Numbered from the stretch's first letter, positions 25,441 through 41,097 are shown. The stretch: DNA of 64,000 nucleotides from Octopus vulgaris (GCA_951406725.2 OX597817.1:107322001-107386000), one strand, 5' to 3'. The notes: generated by a model not told the origin, from the sequence alone. Made by a program: numbers and translations.

Positions 25441-27795
25441 GAGTGATTTCAAGTGCGACTCAATTTTGGAGTACGATAGGAATTTCCGTCGAATTTTCAA
25501 CAATTTTTATTACACCACCTGTGTTATTTTGTTTCGAGGCTAAGGCACTTAAAATAAGATAGTGCAGTTTTCCTAATTGTAAATATTGTGCGTAAGTGCA
25601 GATTTAAGGATATTTCATTAGCTTTCAATATTGATTTCAAATTCGACGATGGGTACACCCTTTTTATTTTCATTTTTACAAAGACTTGTCAGAAGAGGAA
25701 GGGCAGAGTCTCTGATCTTTTCCAGATACCCTGACTCTGGTGGGAGGAAAAAAGGATGAATTCGTCTTCAATCAAAGGATCTGACCAGAGTGTATACTCT
25801 GTGAAAGGTGCTCAAGAGACAGGCTGTGGAATTCAGGTAACGGATCAAGTTTACCACTCAAGAAACAAACAATTCCTCTGACTGGTTTCTCCTACATATT
25901 TTCCGATTTCCAAATTTAACTCACAAGGCCTTTGTCATTCGAAGCCATAGTACAAGACACATGTTCGAGATACTACGCAGTGAGATTAAACTTGAAACTA
26001 GCTGGTTGCAAAGAGAGCTTCTTGGAGGAAGCTGGGTAATATTTGGTTAGCTTATCTTAGATATGTGATGAAGGATTTCCGACGTTCGACGATAAAGATT
26101 TAGTTGTTCGATCAACTGAGTTACCTGCATCTGAATTAACCTAACATTCCACATTATACACCCCCAGTGTAATTCTCTGACAGAATCAGCATGACATAGC
26201 GTGTAGCAAAGTTGTACTTCGAATTGTTGGTATAATCCATCTGTTAGGCTTCGAAATAGGTTTCTACAGAATTTCACTCATACAGTTTGGGTCGACTCGA
26301 GGCTATAGAAAATGGTATTTATTCAGGATGTCATGCCATCCTGTGGGATCTTGAGGAAACGCGAACCGAACTTTTTAATCATTCGGCAATACTGCACTTA
26401 TACTCTAAATATATTACCAAATATTTTCGAATATTTGGACATATAACTTAGCATTCAAATGTCTCAATGACCTGATGGTTTATCGAATCTCGCCACTATG
26501 TCAGCAAGGAATAACCAAAGATTCGAATCAGTACTTACATGAATCTTATAAAAAATATTTTATTGATATAGTCGAACAAATGCTGTCTCAGAAGTACCAA
26601 GTTCTATAACAATTTCCTACAGATTGCTTACATTGAATAAACTCCACAAATATTCTATGCAGAAGAAATTTTATAGCGTTTATATTAAAACGTCATAAAA
26701 TAACGTTTTAATATAAACAACATGGATGAAAACAACTCGAAGCAATTTGCCTTTATAATTTCACGAAGGATTGAATCCTTTTAATTAGGAAATAGAAGTA
26801 ATTCTTTTAAAAAACAAAATGAAAATTCTCGATATTCGAACTAATTTAAGCTTCGTATCTATTTAGTAGAGTTAATTAATTCACTTCAGGTAGAAGTTAC
26901 TTTGCTTCCACTGTGATTAACTCTCTTCCACATTGTTGAGTTTTCTTCTGCTGAGATTAGTACGCTCCACTTGTATTTGGTTCTCAACCAATATGGTTGA
27001 CTATCAAGTTAAAATAGACATTCTCTCTATATGAATATGTAAAATTGCTCAGTGTTAGCAAAATATCTTTAGAGACGAGAATAGAAATTTGAATTTGTGG
27101 CGATCATCTTTTTCTCCGAGTCATTTGAAATGTAAGTAAAATAGACTGACAACAGTTGAGAATTGCAGTTTCGGAACGACATGATGCTTTGAATAATTAA
27201 AACGTATTCCAATATATTGTTTTATAATGTTGGTACAAATAGGCAACTACATCAAGAACAGATGCAATCGATTAAATCATTGGCACCTATTCTATCGACT
27301 TTGGCAAGATTTGACTTCCGAAAGTAATGAATAGTAACCAAATCTGAAAACATTCAGCCCAGCACTTTGTCAAAGATGATACTAACTCGTCCTAGAATAC
27401 TCCAAAATAGTGATTTCTAACGTGGGTACAACGTCACAAATTCAGTAATGGTGGGTGTTAGTCGATTAAATTTGACTCATTTCTTGACTAGCATTCTATT
27501 TTTCCAGCCCGAAGGAATGAAAAGTAAAGTTGACCTCAGTAAAGTTTGAACTCGGAACGCAGAGTGTTGTTACGAAGTACCATGACGCATTTTATTCGTT
27601 TCTCTAACGTTATTATCAATCCATCGCCCAGGAATATTACCCAATATCGATTTCTTTCTTTGGCATTATACCTAAAATTTTGAGGAGAAATTATAAACAG
27701 TTACATCAACACCAGTATTTGACTGGACAGGTCTTTTCATTTTATCGAGCTTGGATAAATGAAAGTCAAACTGACCTCGGCAGGACTTGAACTCG

Positions 27796-27857
<62 letters not shown>

Positions 27858-30800
27858 CATGCCGTAACTAAATAACGACGAAGGCGTTTTGTTTGATGCT
27901 CTAATGATTGTGTTAACTCATCACCCTAGAATATTCTGCTTAAACTGAATCATGACGATTAATTGTTGTTAATACTTAATAATTAATTTTTCAAAAAGTT
28001 TAAAATTTGGCTTAAAATCAATTCCTGAAATTTTGATTTTTATGAAAATCAAATAAAAATGCATGATTGAACTTCGATTTCTTTCAATTTTCTAAAAGTA
28101 GTAATTTCAAATTTTTTTTTATTATTAATGTTTAAAAATAACGTTACGTGATAAAACACCAGTTCTTAATCATTGTCAATAAACAGTGCTTTCAGATGAA
28201 ATTCAAATTTCTCCAAATTTTACAGCTTTGATTTCATTTTCTGTCCTTTTTTTGTTATGAATTATATTGTCTTTTGTTCTGACCCTAATACCAAATATTC
28301 TGAGGTTGATTTTGTAAGTCACAATAATGAAATATAGCGGACTGAGTAATGAGATAAATTACCTAAATTTTGCATTATTCTTTCAATATAAAATCGTTGA
28401 ATAGTAAATTTTGGGGGGAATCTGTCAAGTGTTTGTTTTGACAATTTTTATCGTTGACAGGTAAGTTGGGGTTTGATCTTATTTCTAAAAAGTAATGAAA
28501 AAGTATGAAAGTGCAATTTAAATTTTAGCGATCGATTTTGATTTTATTGAAGTTCTTTAACATAGGAAAAAATGAACTTTATTAATTTATAACGATAAAA
28601 AATCATTGAGTGCAAGTTGAACGATATCACGTGTTGATTCAAGAAGATAAAAATGATGTCGATCGTCACAACTTTCTGTTTGTTAACTGTCAGCATACTT
28701 TCAATTGACAGAAATTTCTCGTGCTTCAATAAGCACATTGCTGAAAGTGATGACGTCTTCGATAATTAATGAAGTATCACAAGATTACTGATTATGTTTA
28801 ATAGGAGTTATATCTTCTGCTACAGATTCTCGAGCAAGTCACAAGATTCACAAACGTACATCACAGAAAGCAAGATGCGCTGCATTTTATCCTAACTTTC
28901 GGTGTTAAACTCTTGGAAAACATCTAAAGGTTCTGATAGGAACACAGTTCTATCCCAAGTTTTTATATCTAGTAAACTATTAGAACTCAGCTAATAAAAC
29001 AAACACTCGTCGGTTATCCAGATATGTTGTGTTTGTTTAAACTTGGGTCAGCCCAAATGAGTAGATCTATCAAAAGCAATTCTGCTCCTGAAGAAGGTCT
29101 CAGTTTCTAGAAATATCCCATGCAACTTAAGAGCAACCAGCTGAATCTATTTTACGAAATATATGGAGAAACATTTTAACATATTCTAACATAACTAAAG
29201 GTTTGTGAATGGTTTCATTTCTCAAAAACCTGTGAATACAGACAGGCAATTAAAATTTCTTTTTAACTCGAGATGTTTATATCAAGTTACGTTTTGAAAG
29301 TTTTGCTTTTACATTTGAAATTGCTGTCTTGTAGCTATTTCAAGAGATAGCTGCCTGTTGAACGAAACAGAATACGAAGGTCTTAAATCTAGAAAATGCG
29401 ACTGAAAATGTTGACTACGTCCCATATCTTGTGGAATAAAAATGCATCTGAACAGTAGCTCCCCTCATATTAGCTTCCTCCGCTGCAACATGACATTATT
29501 GCTAAAACAATATACATTGTCCTCTGTGAAATGAATTTACTTGAAACGTAAGAAATGGTTCTGATGTTGAGTAATTCACTTGATTCAACATATAAAATAT
29601 TAGTGTAACATTCCTATCAAAACCTCTGCCAAATGTAAGCATATTAAGTCTGACATAGTTGTTTGGGAGAAAGGAAAAACTATTGTAGAGAACAGCTACA
29701 TAGTGGATGTGAACATTTTATTCAAAATCAATGCAAAAGTGAAATACTATTGTCAGCTACTTCGAATTCTACAACTTTACCTCTTAGATTATTAATTTAC
29801 TTTTGTACCTGTAATCATTGACGTGCACAGTTATGGTTTAACTCTAATAAAAAGTTCGCGTTTATTGATAAAGAAAAACAAACTAATCTAATGCGTGTTC
29901 CACAAATTCAGCCAGTAGAAGGAACAGTGGAACTTCAAGATTTTCTTGAATTCGGTTTGTAAAGTTTTCCGGTTGTTATTTAAATTCTAACGACAGAATT
30001 GTGTTCCTTTGTCAGAAACCAGCTTTATAGGAAAATTTCAACGAATCAAAAATATACATACATAGATACATACATACATATATACATACATACGTACATA
30101 CATACATACATACATACATACATACATACATACATACATACATACATACATACATGGATGCATGAAAACATTAAATAGAATAGATGAAATCCTAAACTGA
30201 TACTATTTGTGCACTCTATATAAAAAAACAGAAGGAAGTCCGTTTTAGCGGATTTTTTCGAGTTAACTGATATACAATATAAATATTGCCAATATCATAT
30301 ACTATACATATATGATGTTGCAAATATATACAATATAGGCTCAACTTGATAATTTATCACGCTGAATTTACAACAAAATTTAGCAACAAAATTATAGAAA
30401 ACTGTGTAAACATACTCGCTTTATAAAAATATATGGTGGTGCTCCAGCATGACCACAGCCGCATGGCTGAAACGAGTAAAAGAGTAAATATATTTTATAT
30501 AATCACTTAATGCTGTAGTGTCACTTTTTAAAAGTTAATATACAAAATATTTTAATTTCATTGACCTGATAGGTGATATATGAGCTGCATGTGGTGGAGG
30601 TGAAGTAGAGCTGTGGTGCTCCACTGCTCTTGGCCTCCCACTCATAGAAATCTGATGTTACTGAAGATGTTCTATGTGGACAGTTGATGAATCTTAATCA
30701 AGAGATCCTACAGCTGTTGCAGGTTCGGGAAAAATTGGCTTGAAGAACGAGACAAGTTTTAGTGGTTGACCTTGCTGATGTTGCGATGTTAATAATATTG

Positions 30801-30949
30801 TTGAATATCAGTTTCTGTTCATATATTAATGTACGAAATTACATTATCAAGCAATTCTTGTATAATAGAGAGTTGGGTCTTTTAAAGCAATGGTCAGTTG
30901 TCTTCATCCTCCTCACTATGTCAGCTGTCACCAATGAAAACTTCATCCG

Positions 30950-31660
30950 CTATTTCTTATGTTAATACTTGGTATCCAGCGTCATCCTCTATGTCTTCAA
31001 ACGATGTTCAGACGTCGTCTTTAGTAACGTCTATCTCACCTTACCCTCAGTAGTATATGCTGAAAATCCCTTGTTTCAAATCTTTCAAAACAGTATTCTA
31101 CTTCGATGTCGTACAGCGCCTTCTATGAAGCTTCTCAGTAGAATATTGCTAAGGTTGTAATTCTTGATCTTACAGTGAATCCTTTGTGTTCATATATCAT
31201 CCGTAGATATTCAGCTGCTACCACCAAAAGAAATTTATCCAGATATCTTCGTGGGTATTATCTCTACAATTTTACTAAAGTTACACAATCCACCCAACGG
31301 ACCGAGATCCATTGATCGAATTGGGTACGTAATATTGGTTAGCAAGAACATGCATCTTATTTTACTATCGTTCTCAACAAATTGGTGAATGCCTAGGTAA
31401 GGTAGTGCATTGTCCAGTATTAGTAGCGCCTTCACCTCACCAGTAGAAATTTGAGGACAACTTCCTAATATTTACACTTTACAGAAATAAAATACAAGAA
31501 AAACCAGTCACTAAAAATATATACATTGAATTACGACTTCTTAGATTGGTAATAATGACCTGCTTATGGTGCTTTATGTCTTTTAAAGCTCGTGGATGTA
31601 CTGATTTTAGCTCTACCACTACCTTCAAAAGGTGCATACCAGTCTACATTCAACGCTAAG
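30950..31660 (-). pseudogene. Tigger/pogo (DDE_1) transposase relic
   Basis: KALLILDNALPY...KIRCMFLLTNITYPIRSMDLG matches the LLILDNAPAH...FLPPNTTSLIQPMDQG motif; stops and frameshifts present. Confidence 0.8.
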
Positions 31661-32803
31661 AAAAAAGAAGAAAAAAAAAAGTACAAGAAATTATGTATTT
31701 CTTATAAAAGAGTGAAAAAGCGATTAAATTAATAAACAAGAATGAAATGTTGCTCGCTTTCGGCCCATATTTTTGTCGCTCCCCCATTGCCCCGTCATCT
31801 GTTCAACATAGAGAATACAACTAACTGTGAGATATGCAGTAGTATCTCAGAACAATTGCCAAAATATTCCATAACAACAGTCAGAAAATTCACTTTCCCA
31901 TTATGAACCATAATCACAGAATTGGGTGAAATTAATGATGAATTTACCGTCTTTGTTTGATGTACATCGCTCACTTAGCACGCTCGGAATGTTTCCTTGC
32001 TCAACATTAATACTCAAAGATGGTGGCGGGAGTCAATACTGACAGTCACTGTCTTAATGAAGATTTCGAACGGTTTATCCGATACCCAGGATGATGGAGT
32101 ACTTTTTAACGAGAATTTACGGTATTTCTCAATTATTTTCTAGTTACTATTTCAACAAACTTCACCTTCCCCAAATCAACAAAGAAATATTTATATGGTC
32201 ACTCGAACTGTGGAAAGCAGGGATGACCTTGAAACTATACCCCAGCGTCTTAAACAAGGAAAAATCCATTGAGTAATAGATACCCAGTTATCACTTAAAA
32301 GATGGCATGGTTACAGTTGGATTCCTTTTGTTCATAGGTTTACTCGATCGGAGATGGGCTAGAAATAAACAACACAGCACCGTCAACTTGCCTGTTGTAC
32401 GTCCAATAACGTTGATGTATTTAAAATATGCTGCCAAAACAATGGCGAAACAATTCAGTAATTTTCCTGTGAGATATTATCAGGCTAATCACGGTCTCTC
32501 ATACTTTTTCAGCGTGTATGTTGATAATAGTTAATAATGAGATCTATCGAGGTGATAATAGCGTACGTCAGGTTTTGGCAGTAATTAATTTGAATGTGTC
32601 GATCGAAGAAGAAGAAGGAGAGAAAGAGAAAGACTGAGAGTGACTGACAGGGAGCGAGAGAGATGTGTTGAGAGTGAAGGGAAAGATATGTCACTCACAC
32701 ACGCGCGCATACACACACATACAGACATACACACAAACACAGACAAACACACACACACACGCACACATACATTCATATATAGATACACAACGTACAAATT
32801 AAA

Positions 32804-32834
<31 letters not shown>

Positions 32835-32842
32835 ACATATAT

Positions 32843-32990
32843 ATGAATATATAGGGCAGGGTGGTGGGGTGTTATATTTAGCCCCAGGCGAACATCGACG
32901 TCACCAGAATCGACACCGTCACGGTGCCCTTACCTAGAAGGGCACCGTGACGGTGTATATATAAATATACCCTGCCTGTCCCTATATTCA
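32843..32990. repeat. Small fold-back (MITE-like) element with a perfect 19-bp hairpin
   Basis: ACACCGTCACGGTGCCCTT (32913-32931) / AAGGGCACCGTGACGGTGT (32938-32956); outer imperfect inverted repeat TGAATAT..AGGGCAGGGT. Confidence 0.7.
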
Positions 32991-33042
32991 GATGGCTTAG
33001 TCCCTTATGTTATCGAGCAGTTACTGTCTATATCCCTTTTAG

Positions 33043-33091
<49 letters not shown>

Positions 33092-33191
33092 GATATTGTT
33101 ATTGTTTATAATAATATCAGTGGCTTAACATGCGTAAAGAACCCCATAACGGTAAAAAATTACCCTTGATTATGTATATATATATATGTAC

Positions 33192-33227
<36 letters not shown>

Positions 33228-33241
<14 letters not shown>

Positions 33242-33352
33242 GTATGTACCTGTATATTTATGTATAAGCATACACACTCAAACTAATATATGTATGTATG
33301 TATGTATGTACCTGTATATTTATGTATAAGCATACACACTCAAACTTATATA
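33228..33352. repeat. 62-bp tandem duplication
   Basis: CCTGTATATTTATGTATAAGCATACACACTCAAACT at 33249 and 33311. Confidence 0.9.
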
Positions 33353-33618
33353 TGTATATATATTTAATCAGATAAGTGCGTTGATTAGGTTTGATGTCGA
33401 CGTAAAGCGATTATACAATTATTTGTCTGGATTGGAAAAATTGTTAGACTTGACTCACTAATTTACTGAAGCGATGCAAAATAGTCTTTTATCAATTAGA
33501 CAAATTTAATCCCATTAAAAACTAATCGCACCACACACATATATATACATACACACACACACACATACACACATGTATATGCGTGCATATATGACGATTT
33601 ATGCGTTTTGTGCATAAT

Positions 33619-33685
<67 letters not shown>

Positions 33686-34021
33686 TCACAATATATATAT
33701 ATATATATAGCAGTTGATATATTTATATATATATAGCAGTTGATATATTTGTGATTTTTGGTGTATCGAAGCTACAACACGTGAGAATGTGCAAATGTGA
33801 ATAAAAGACTTGATATATCTTGAATATCTGCAAAGAACTGAATGGCAGGTGACAGCGAGATTTAGCATTACATGGCAGACAATAAATCACCAATAATATT
33901 TCCTGCGTAAATGATGTCAATGCTGTTTATAATCTCCAGCTGTTATGCTAATGTCCCAAAATGCCAAAGAATAAATTATTGTCCATTGGTGAAATTTACA
34001 CTGTGACATGAATAAAAAAAA

Positions 34022-34058
<37 letters not shown>

Positions 34059-34787
34059 TGTAGGGGTGGGAGTAGAATTCTACCATCTAGTTGTCTAAGG
34101 AATTTAAGTTTGATCGAGTTATATAAAATTGGAAGCTATCTACTGCAGTATTTATCAAATTTGAGTGTTTCTCAGACAATAAATTCTCTTCGCTGAAAAC
34201 CGTCCATGTATCCAGCCAGCCGCCCAAACATACATATATTCATGAATAAATAGATAAATAAATATTGTAATTTCTCGTGCTTTCATATAGTAATGGTAAT
34301 ACTCGGAGTAGCGACATAGGGTTAAGCGCAACTACCTATTTAAACATATTGCGCATTTTATCTACATATCTTCCTCTGCTTTTAGACTTCCAATAAATCT
34401 GCATCCCTTCATCTCTGTTCGTCCCTCTAAATCTGCCTCTCCTCAAATATATTCATTTATCCACTGGGATTTTACCCATTATTCTTCCGAAGATGGAATA
34501 GGTTGACGCGAAATTTTAATGCAGGCAACACGGAGAGAACTGCATCAATTAGACAAACAGGTGTAAATGATTTTCTCCCAACTCTAAAATTTTTGTTTTT
34601 CCTGTGACGTTATTCATCTGCCTACCAAGCCATCATATCAACACTATAGGCATTTTTTCTACCTCCTCCGGATATCTACTTGCTTACATCGCAACTATTA
34701 AGAAATATCTAGTCGATACTTTATATATATATATGTATGTATATAATATATACATATGTATTTATACAATATATGTATATATATAAT

Positions 34788-35088
34788 ATCACGTGACCGA
34801 CCAGTCCATCAGATGTAGTTACACATCGCTGGTCACAATGCGTTCGCATTGTATTCGCCTTCGAATGACGCCACCCCACTGGCTAAGCGAGCAGGCCAAC
34901 AGAAGAAAGAGTGGGAGAAAGAGTGATGAAAGAGTACAGCAGGGATCACCCCACCCCCCTGCCGGAGCCTGGTGGAGCTTTTAGGCGTTTTCGCTCAATA
35001 AACACTCACAACGCCCGGTCTGGGAATCGAAACCGCGATCCTACGACCGCGAGTCCGCTGCCCTAACCACTGGGCCATTGCGCCTCCA
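34788..35088 (-). mobile_element. Full-length tRNA-derived SINE, family D (possibly tRNA-Arg-like)
   Basis: GGAGGCGCAATGGCCCAGTGGTTAGGGCAGCGGACTCGCGGTC..GGTTTCGATTCCC with clear A/B boxes and CpG-rich sequence (young), set in (TA)n. Confidence 0.85.
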
Positions 35089-35491
35089 CATATATATAAT
35101 ATATACATATGTATGTATATAATATATGTATGTATATAATATATACATATGTATGTATGTATGTGTGTGTGTTTGCATATGTGTATATGTGTGTTTGTGT
35201 GTATATGTGCGTGTGTGCGTACAGCAGTTATTAGGCCCCGGCGCGTGATGAGCCAGTCGAATGTCATTCCACAAGCTCCCGGTGAAGCTAATGTCTAAGA
35301 GAAGAGCATTCCGAAATAATACCCTTCTCGTTGAGAAGCCGGATGCCTTGCTCTTACTTGTTTCTGGACAACTTGGCTTTGCAAAGTAGAGTCTTAGCTG
35401 TGCTGTGCAGGCATTTACTACCTTTAGATTTCAGCACAGACATTGCTCACAGCCATTGTCCTAATATATGGGAATAAGATAATCTGTCAGC

Positions 35492-35815
35492 GAGGGTCAT
35501 ACTGGACTTCAATTGGCTCAGAATCAAGAAACAGTGAGTTCGATTCCCGTACCGTGCTGTGTGCTGTGTTCTTGAGCAAGATACTTTATTTCACGTTGCT
35601 CCAGTTCACTCAGCTGTTGAAATGAATTGTAATGTCACTGGTGCCAAGCTGTATCGGCGTTTGCCTTTCCCTATTATAACATCGGTAGGATAGCGAGGGG
35701 AGGCTGGTATGTATGTGCATGTACTGGTCTTTCATAAACAATCTTGCCCGGACTTGGGGCTCGGAGGGGAACTTTCTAGGTACAGTCCCATGGTTATTCA
35801 TGACCGAAGGGGTGG
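35492..35815 (+). mobile_element. tRNA-derived SINE with CORE-like central domain
   Basis: B-box GAGTTCGATTCC followed by TGTGTTCTTGAGCAAGATACTTTA...CAGTTCACTCAGCTGT. Confidence 0.65.
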
Positions 35816-36094
35816 TTCTTCATACATACATACATACATACATACATACATACATACATACATAATGCATACATAAATACATACATACATACATATATAC
35901 ATACATAACATACATACATACATACATACATACATACATACTTACATACATACATACATACATACATACTTACATACATATAATACGAGTCTCATGGCAG
36001 GCCGGTAACGAATTTTTCTGCATTATATGGATAGTTTATCCTGTTCGTGCTATTGTATTAGCATTACCATGCGTTTGAGAATAAATTATTTCTG

Positions 36095-36125
<31 letters not shown>

Positions 36126-36655
36126 ATATATATGTACATATGTATGCTTGTATATGTATATATATATTTGTATACACACACTTATATATATGTGCACATA
36201 TATATGGAAATTTGTATATAATATTTTTAAAAATAGTTGCTTCTATAACACGTACTATACTGTCTTGTACATTATTATACACTTACATATATGTGTGTAT
36301 GTGTGCGTGTGTGTGTATATGCATGTGCATGTATATATATATCTATATATTTATATATATGTATGCACGTATATACATACATATATGAATTCTTTTCTTA
36401 CTGTTCCAACCATTCTGATATAAAACTAAAATGAAACTGAAGTGTCAGAGCAGTGTGATATATATCTTATCCTTTCGATCAATCTCTTTTTGTCGTTTGA
36501 CAGCCTCCCACTTCACACTTTGGCAGTGAACTAACATAGAACCTAATTAATTATTATATATGGAGATGAATGTGGTTGCATCAAGTTTAAAAACTAATTC
36601 GGATAGTTTTCATTCTGAAACTAGGTCGACTGCATTGTATACTTAACACAGTTCG

Positions 36656-36708
<53 letters not shown>

Positions 36709-36741
36709 CATACATATATATATGCATATATAATACATACA

Positions 36742-36783
<42 letters not shown>

Positions 36784-36976
36784 TAATCCAAACAAGAAAA
36801 CACCCCCCAATAAAAAACACAACAACGCGAGGACGTGGAACAAATATAGTATTATTGGACGCTCAGGAAACTGAATTTATAGTTGTATTTAAACTGCATT
36901 AAAGTTCAGTTGATTATATATATTCTACGAAACGGATGAAATTTGAACTCAGAAAATAGCAATAATAATAATAATA

Positions 36977-37405
36977 ATCCTTTCCTCTATAGACACAAAG
37001 CCTGAAATTTTGAGGGAGGCGGCCAGTTGATTAGATTGACCTCAGTAAGCAATTGGTACTTAATTTATCGACACCGAAAAGATGAAAGGCAAAGTCGATC
37101 TCGGCGGAATTTGAACTCAGAACGTAATGGCAGACGAAATACCGTTAAACATTTCGTCCAGTGTTCTAACAACCCTGTCAGCCACCACCTTGATAATAAC
37201 AATAATAATCCTTTCTACAAGGCCTGAAACTTTAGGGAAGGGGTCTCGTCGATTACATTGACTCCAATGTTTCACTGATACTTAATTCCTAAACACCGAA
37301 ACGATAAAAGGTAAAGTTGACCATAGCAGAATTTGAACTCAGAACGGAGCGAATCCCGTTAAGCATCTATTCCAGCATGCTAATGATTCTGCTTGCTCGC
37401 CGCCA
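36977..37405 (-). mobile_element. Two tandem family B SINEs
   Basis: Two GAATTTGAACTCAGAAC bodies separated by (AAT)n. Confidence 0.8.
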
Positions 37406-37614
37406 AATAATACCGGTAATATAGACATACCTTTCAATAACAACCACCTGCCCATCTTCCTTTCTTTTTCTTCCGTACTACCTTACTTTATATATCCTTG
37501 TTTTCTAATTTTCTCTAGTTTTCTCTCTCTGTCGCCTCTCTCACACATGCTATTGTTTTTTCTTCCCCACCACTATATACATAGTCATCCCCCTAACTTA
37601 ATAGCTGACTCACT

Positions 37615-37654
<40 letters not shown>

Positions 37655-37890
37655 ATGTATATATATATATACATACATACAGAAATATTTTCATCAAGTG
37701 CTTCATAATTTGAAATGTTTTAATTGAAGAAGATCTTACGTAATGGAAGCTAAGCAAACCTGAAACGTATAGATTAAATGTCTTCAAAATATCCATATTT
37801 GGTTTTACCTCATTATTACTTCTCACATCTCTCCCCCCTCTGTCTGTCTGTCAGTCTGTCTCTCTCTCTCTCTACACACACAAACATATG

Positions 37891-37957
<67 letters not shown>

Positions 37958-38069
37958 GCACTGATTGCTTTCCTCGATGGCCTGAAGCTATTCCTCTTCT
38001 GGACAATTTCAGCTAGAACGGTAGCGAAAGCATTCATTTTTATTTATTATTTGTTTATTTATTATCATT

Positions 38070-38870
38070 TTTTTCAAACTCTTACCTCAATAACTGCCGA
38101 TAGAGTAGTTATTAAGGTAGGAACAAGATATCATCACTTTGAGTGTACTCTTTTCACAGAGCCTCTAACCAGTAAGAAATTCTACATCTATTGGGTACGA
38201 AAACCCGCGTTTGACAGTCTATCATCCAGTCTCAAACGGAATTATAGAAGTTTTCCATTGTCATAAAAAAACAAAATAGCATTTAAATTGCACGGTGACA
38301 CAGACAGATTGCTGGAATATCTACCGATAATATTACTTGGCATAAAGTCATCGGCATAAGCCGAGCTTGATTTTACTCCAGCAGAATTAATATATGGCAG
38401 CAGACTGACTCTACCTGGACAGATGGTATTTGAAGATTCCATCACAATTTATTGTCTGTCCAATTATATATATATAGGCTGCGACAATATATGTCTGATT
38501 TGCCAAAAACGTTAACAAGACAAGAAACAGTTAAAACATATGTTCCTATTGACATTAGTTTTTAGTCTCGAGTTTTCATTCGAAACGATGCAGTGCAGAA
38601 ACGTTTGCACATCCGTCATTACGAGTCTTATCGTATTTTGTGTGCTAATCGGAAATATTTTGTGATTGGTAGGCATAGCAAACAGGAAACGGTCAGTGTG
38701 GACTGATTAAGAAAAGGCTTACATCGACTCGGATGTTTCATTCGCTTACCAACCTCCTGCTACTTTACATACAAAACCAGTCGAAGATTCACAAAAGCCT
38801 GTAACTATCGAAGGCAGTAGAAGAGTGCATTGGCTTGCCAGATATGAACAAATATGTTACATATGATTGT
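38070..38870 (+). pseudogene. Ty3/gypsy integrase core and C-terminus relic
   Basis: TVYHPVSNGIIE / EYLPIILLGIKSS..FTPAELIYGSRLTLPGQ / VFIRNDAV..HYESYRIL..ETVSVD*L: integrase core end plus GPY/F-like region, frameshifted. Confidence 0.85.
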
Positions 38871-39404
38871 TTATTTAAACTACGCACTCACATACAGACT
38901 ATAAAAAGCAAGCCTTCATAATTCATAGATGCATCTCTTATTTTTGGATTCACAACAGTCGGTAAAGATGAAAAATAATATTCATTACTGAACATTACTT
39001 TGTTATACAATTTTGTATAGTATTACTTTCCTAATTTTAATAACTATTCTAAATAACAATAATTTTCTAAAAATCCCAAACTTTACGAACTGAACTGAAC
39101 AATATCTTTTTTCTCTCCTGCTAACAGAAATTTCCATATTTAATCCATATTACAAGCTTATTTTTATATGTTATTGCATTCACTGCAAACATGAATTTAC
39201 ACTTGCTCCAAGTCTTTGATTTCATTCATTTGTCTTACAACAAACGCACTGTAAGGTCATTTCTGTAACAGATAGCCTTCCCAGAATTCGAACTGGAAAC
39301 GTTCAAGTTTGGAAGTAAAAACTGCTGGCGAATAATATTATTATATCCATTAATGTTGCCCAGAGGCACTATCGCCCGCGATTATTAATACTCTCTTTGG
39401 TAAT

Positions 39405-40138
39405 ATTGGTTCCAAATTTTCGCACAAGGCCAGCAATTTTGGAGTGGTTATATCAACCCCGGTGCTCAACTAACTGGTACTTATTTTATCTAGTTCAAAA
39501 GGAGGAAAGGCAAAATCGACCTCAACCGTTTTGTCTGGCTAACGTTTCTGCCAGCTCGCTCCTTTCTTGTTCGTAAATTTTGGCACAAGGCAAGCGGTTT
39601 TGAGGAAGGTTTAAGTCGATTACGTCGACCCCAGTGATCAACTTGTACTCATTTTATCGACCTTGAAGGGGTAAAAGCAAAGTCAAGCTCGGTGGAATTT
39701 GAACTCCAAATGTAGAGGCGGACGAAACGGTAATATATCCTTTTTTACTCTAGGCACAAGGCCCGAAATTTTTGGGAAGGGGGGATATTCGATTAGATCG
39801 ACCCCAGTGCGCAACTGTTACTTAATATATCGACCTCGAAAGGATGAAAAGCAGAGTCGACCTCGGCGGAATTTGAACTGAGAACGTAAAGACAGACACG
39901 ATACCTATTTCTTTACTACCCACAATGAGCTAAACACAGAGGGGACAAACAAGGACAATCAAACGGATTAAGTCGATTATATCGACACCAGTGCGTAACT
40001 GGTACTTAATTTATCGACCCCGAAAGGATGAAAAGCAAAGTCGGCCTCGGCGGAATTTGAACTCAGAACGTAACGGCAGACGAAATACGGCTACGCATTT
40101 CGTCCGGCGTGCTAACGTTTCTGCCAGCTCGCCGCCTT
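39405..40138 (-). mobile_element. Cluster of about four family B SINE units
   Basis: Repeated GGCACAAGGC..GGTACTT..GAAAGGATGAAA units; the last has an intact head ending at 40138. Confidence 0.85.
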
Positions 40139-40972
40139 GGTTAATTTAGGCTATATCTCTAAATTCTATTATAACGTCTGCTGACATTTTCTTCAGCCAA
40201 TCATCTTTCACATGCGTTATTGATAGGTATTGACAGACGAAGGAAAAAGTTTAAGTTTCGTACCTGAAGGTTTCATGTAAGATTCTAGAACTTTTTAGCG
40301 AGCGTATAAAAAATCTCACTATTCGGCTATCCACCTCTTCTTATGACGACTTTAGACCAAAATTTAATAAGATAATTTTCCTTCTCCAACTTTCTCTCTT
40401 TCTCTCTAAAAGATCATTCTTGTAACCGGAGGCTCTGTCCTACATTTAAATGAAATCTTTCCGCTATCATCTTTCGCAATTTCATTATTTCTTAATTAAC
40501 ATACATAACTTGAATACGCCAAATTGTGTATTATGTATTTGAAAATGCTTAGTGTTATTAATAAATATAGTTGAAGATAAGTCTTTCCTCTCAATTAATA
40601 ATCATAGCACAATTACACACATGTGCGTAGGTGTGTTTATGTAGTTGTACGTGTATGTTTGTGTACGTGCGTGTGTGTGAGTGTGTGTGTGTGCGTGTGT
40701 GTGAGTGTGTGTGTGTGTGCGTGCGTGTATGTGTGCGTACGCACTGTAAAGTTTGAGTTGACTCTGCTCTCAGTATTGTGTTACCCCCACCTATATATGT
40801 TCCATTGTTATTCTTAAACTAACCTTAAAACAATAACCGTAATTTAGCCTTTACACACGCACGCATAGAAACACGTATGCAAGCTGCTTCTCCCTCTATC
40901 TACCTACATCTGTATGTATGTATGTATGTATGTATGTATGTATGTATGTATGTATGTATGTATGTATGTATG

Positions 40973-41037
<65 letters not shown>

Positions 41038-41062
41038 GCCTATCTATAGACATTTATACACG

Positions 41063-41097
<35 letters not shown>

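Noticed and set aside
34788-35088. Possible tRNA gene
   Set aside because: The tRNA-like head continues into a SINE body, with no Pol III terminator or complete acceptor stem. The same applies to the other SINE heads.
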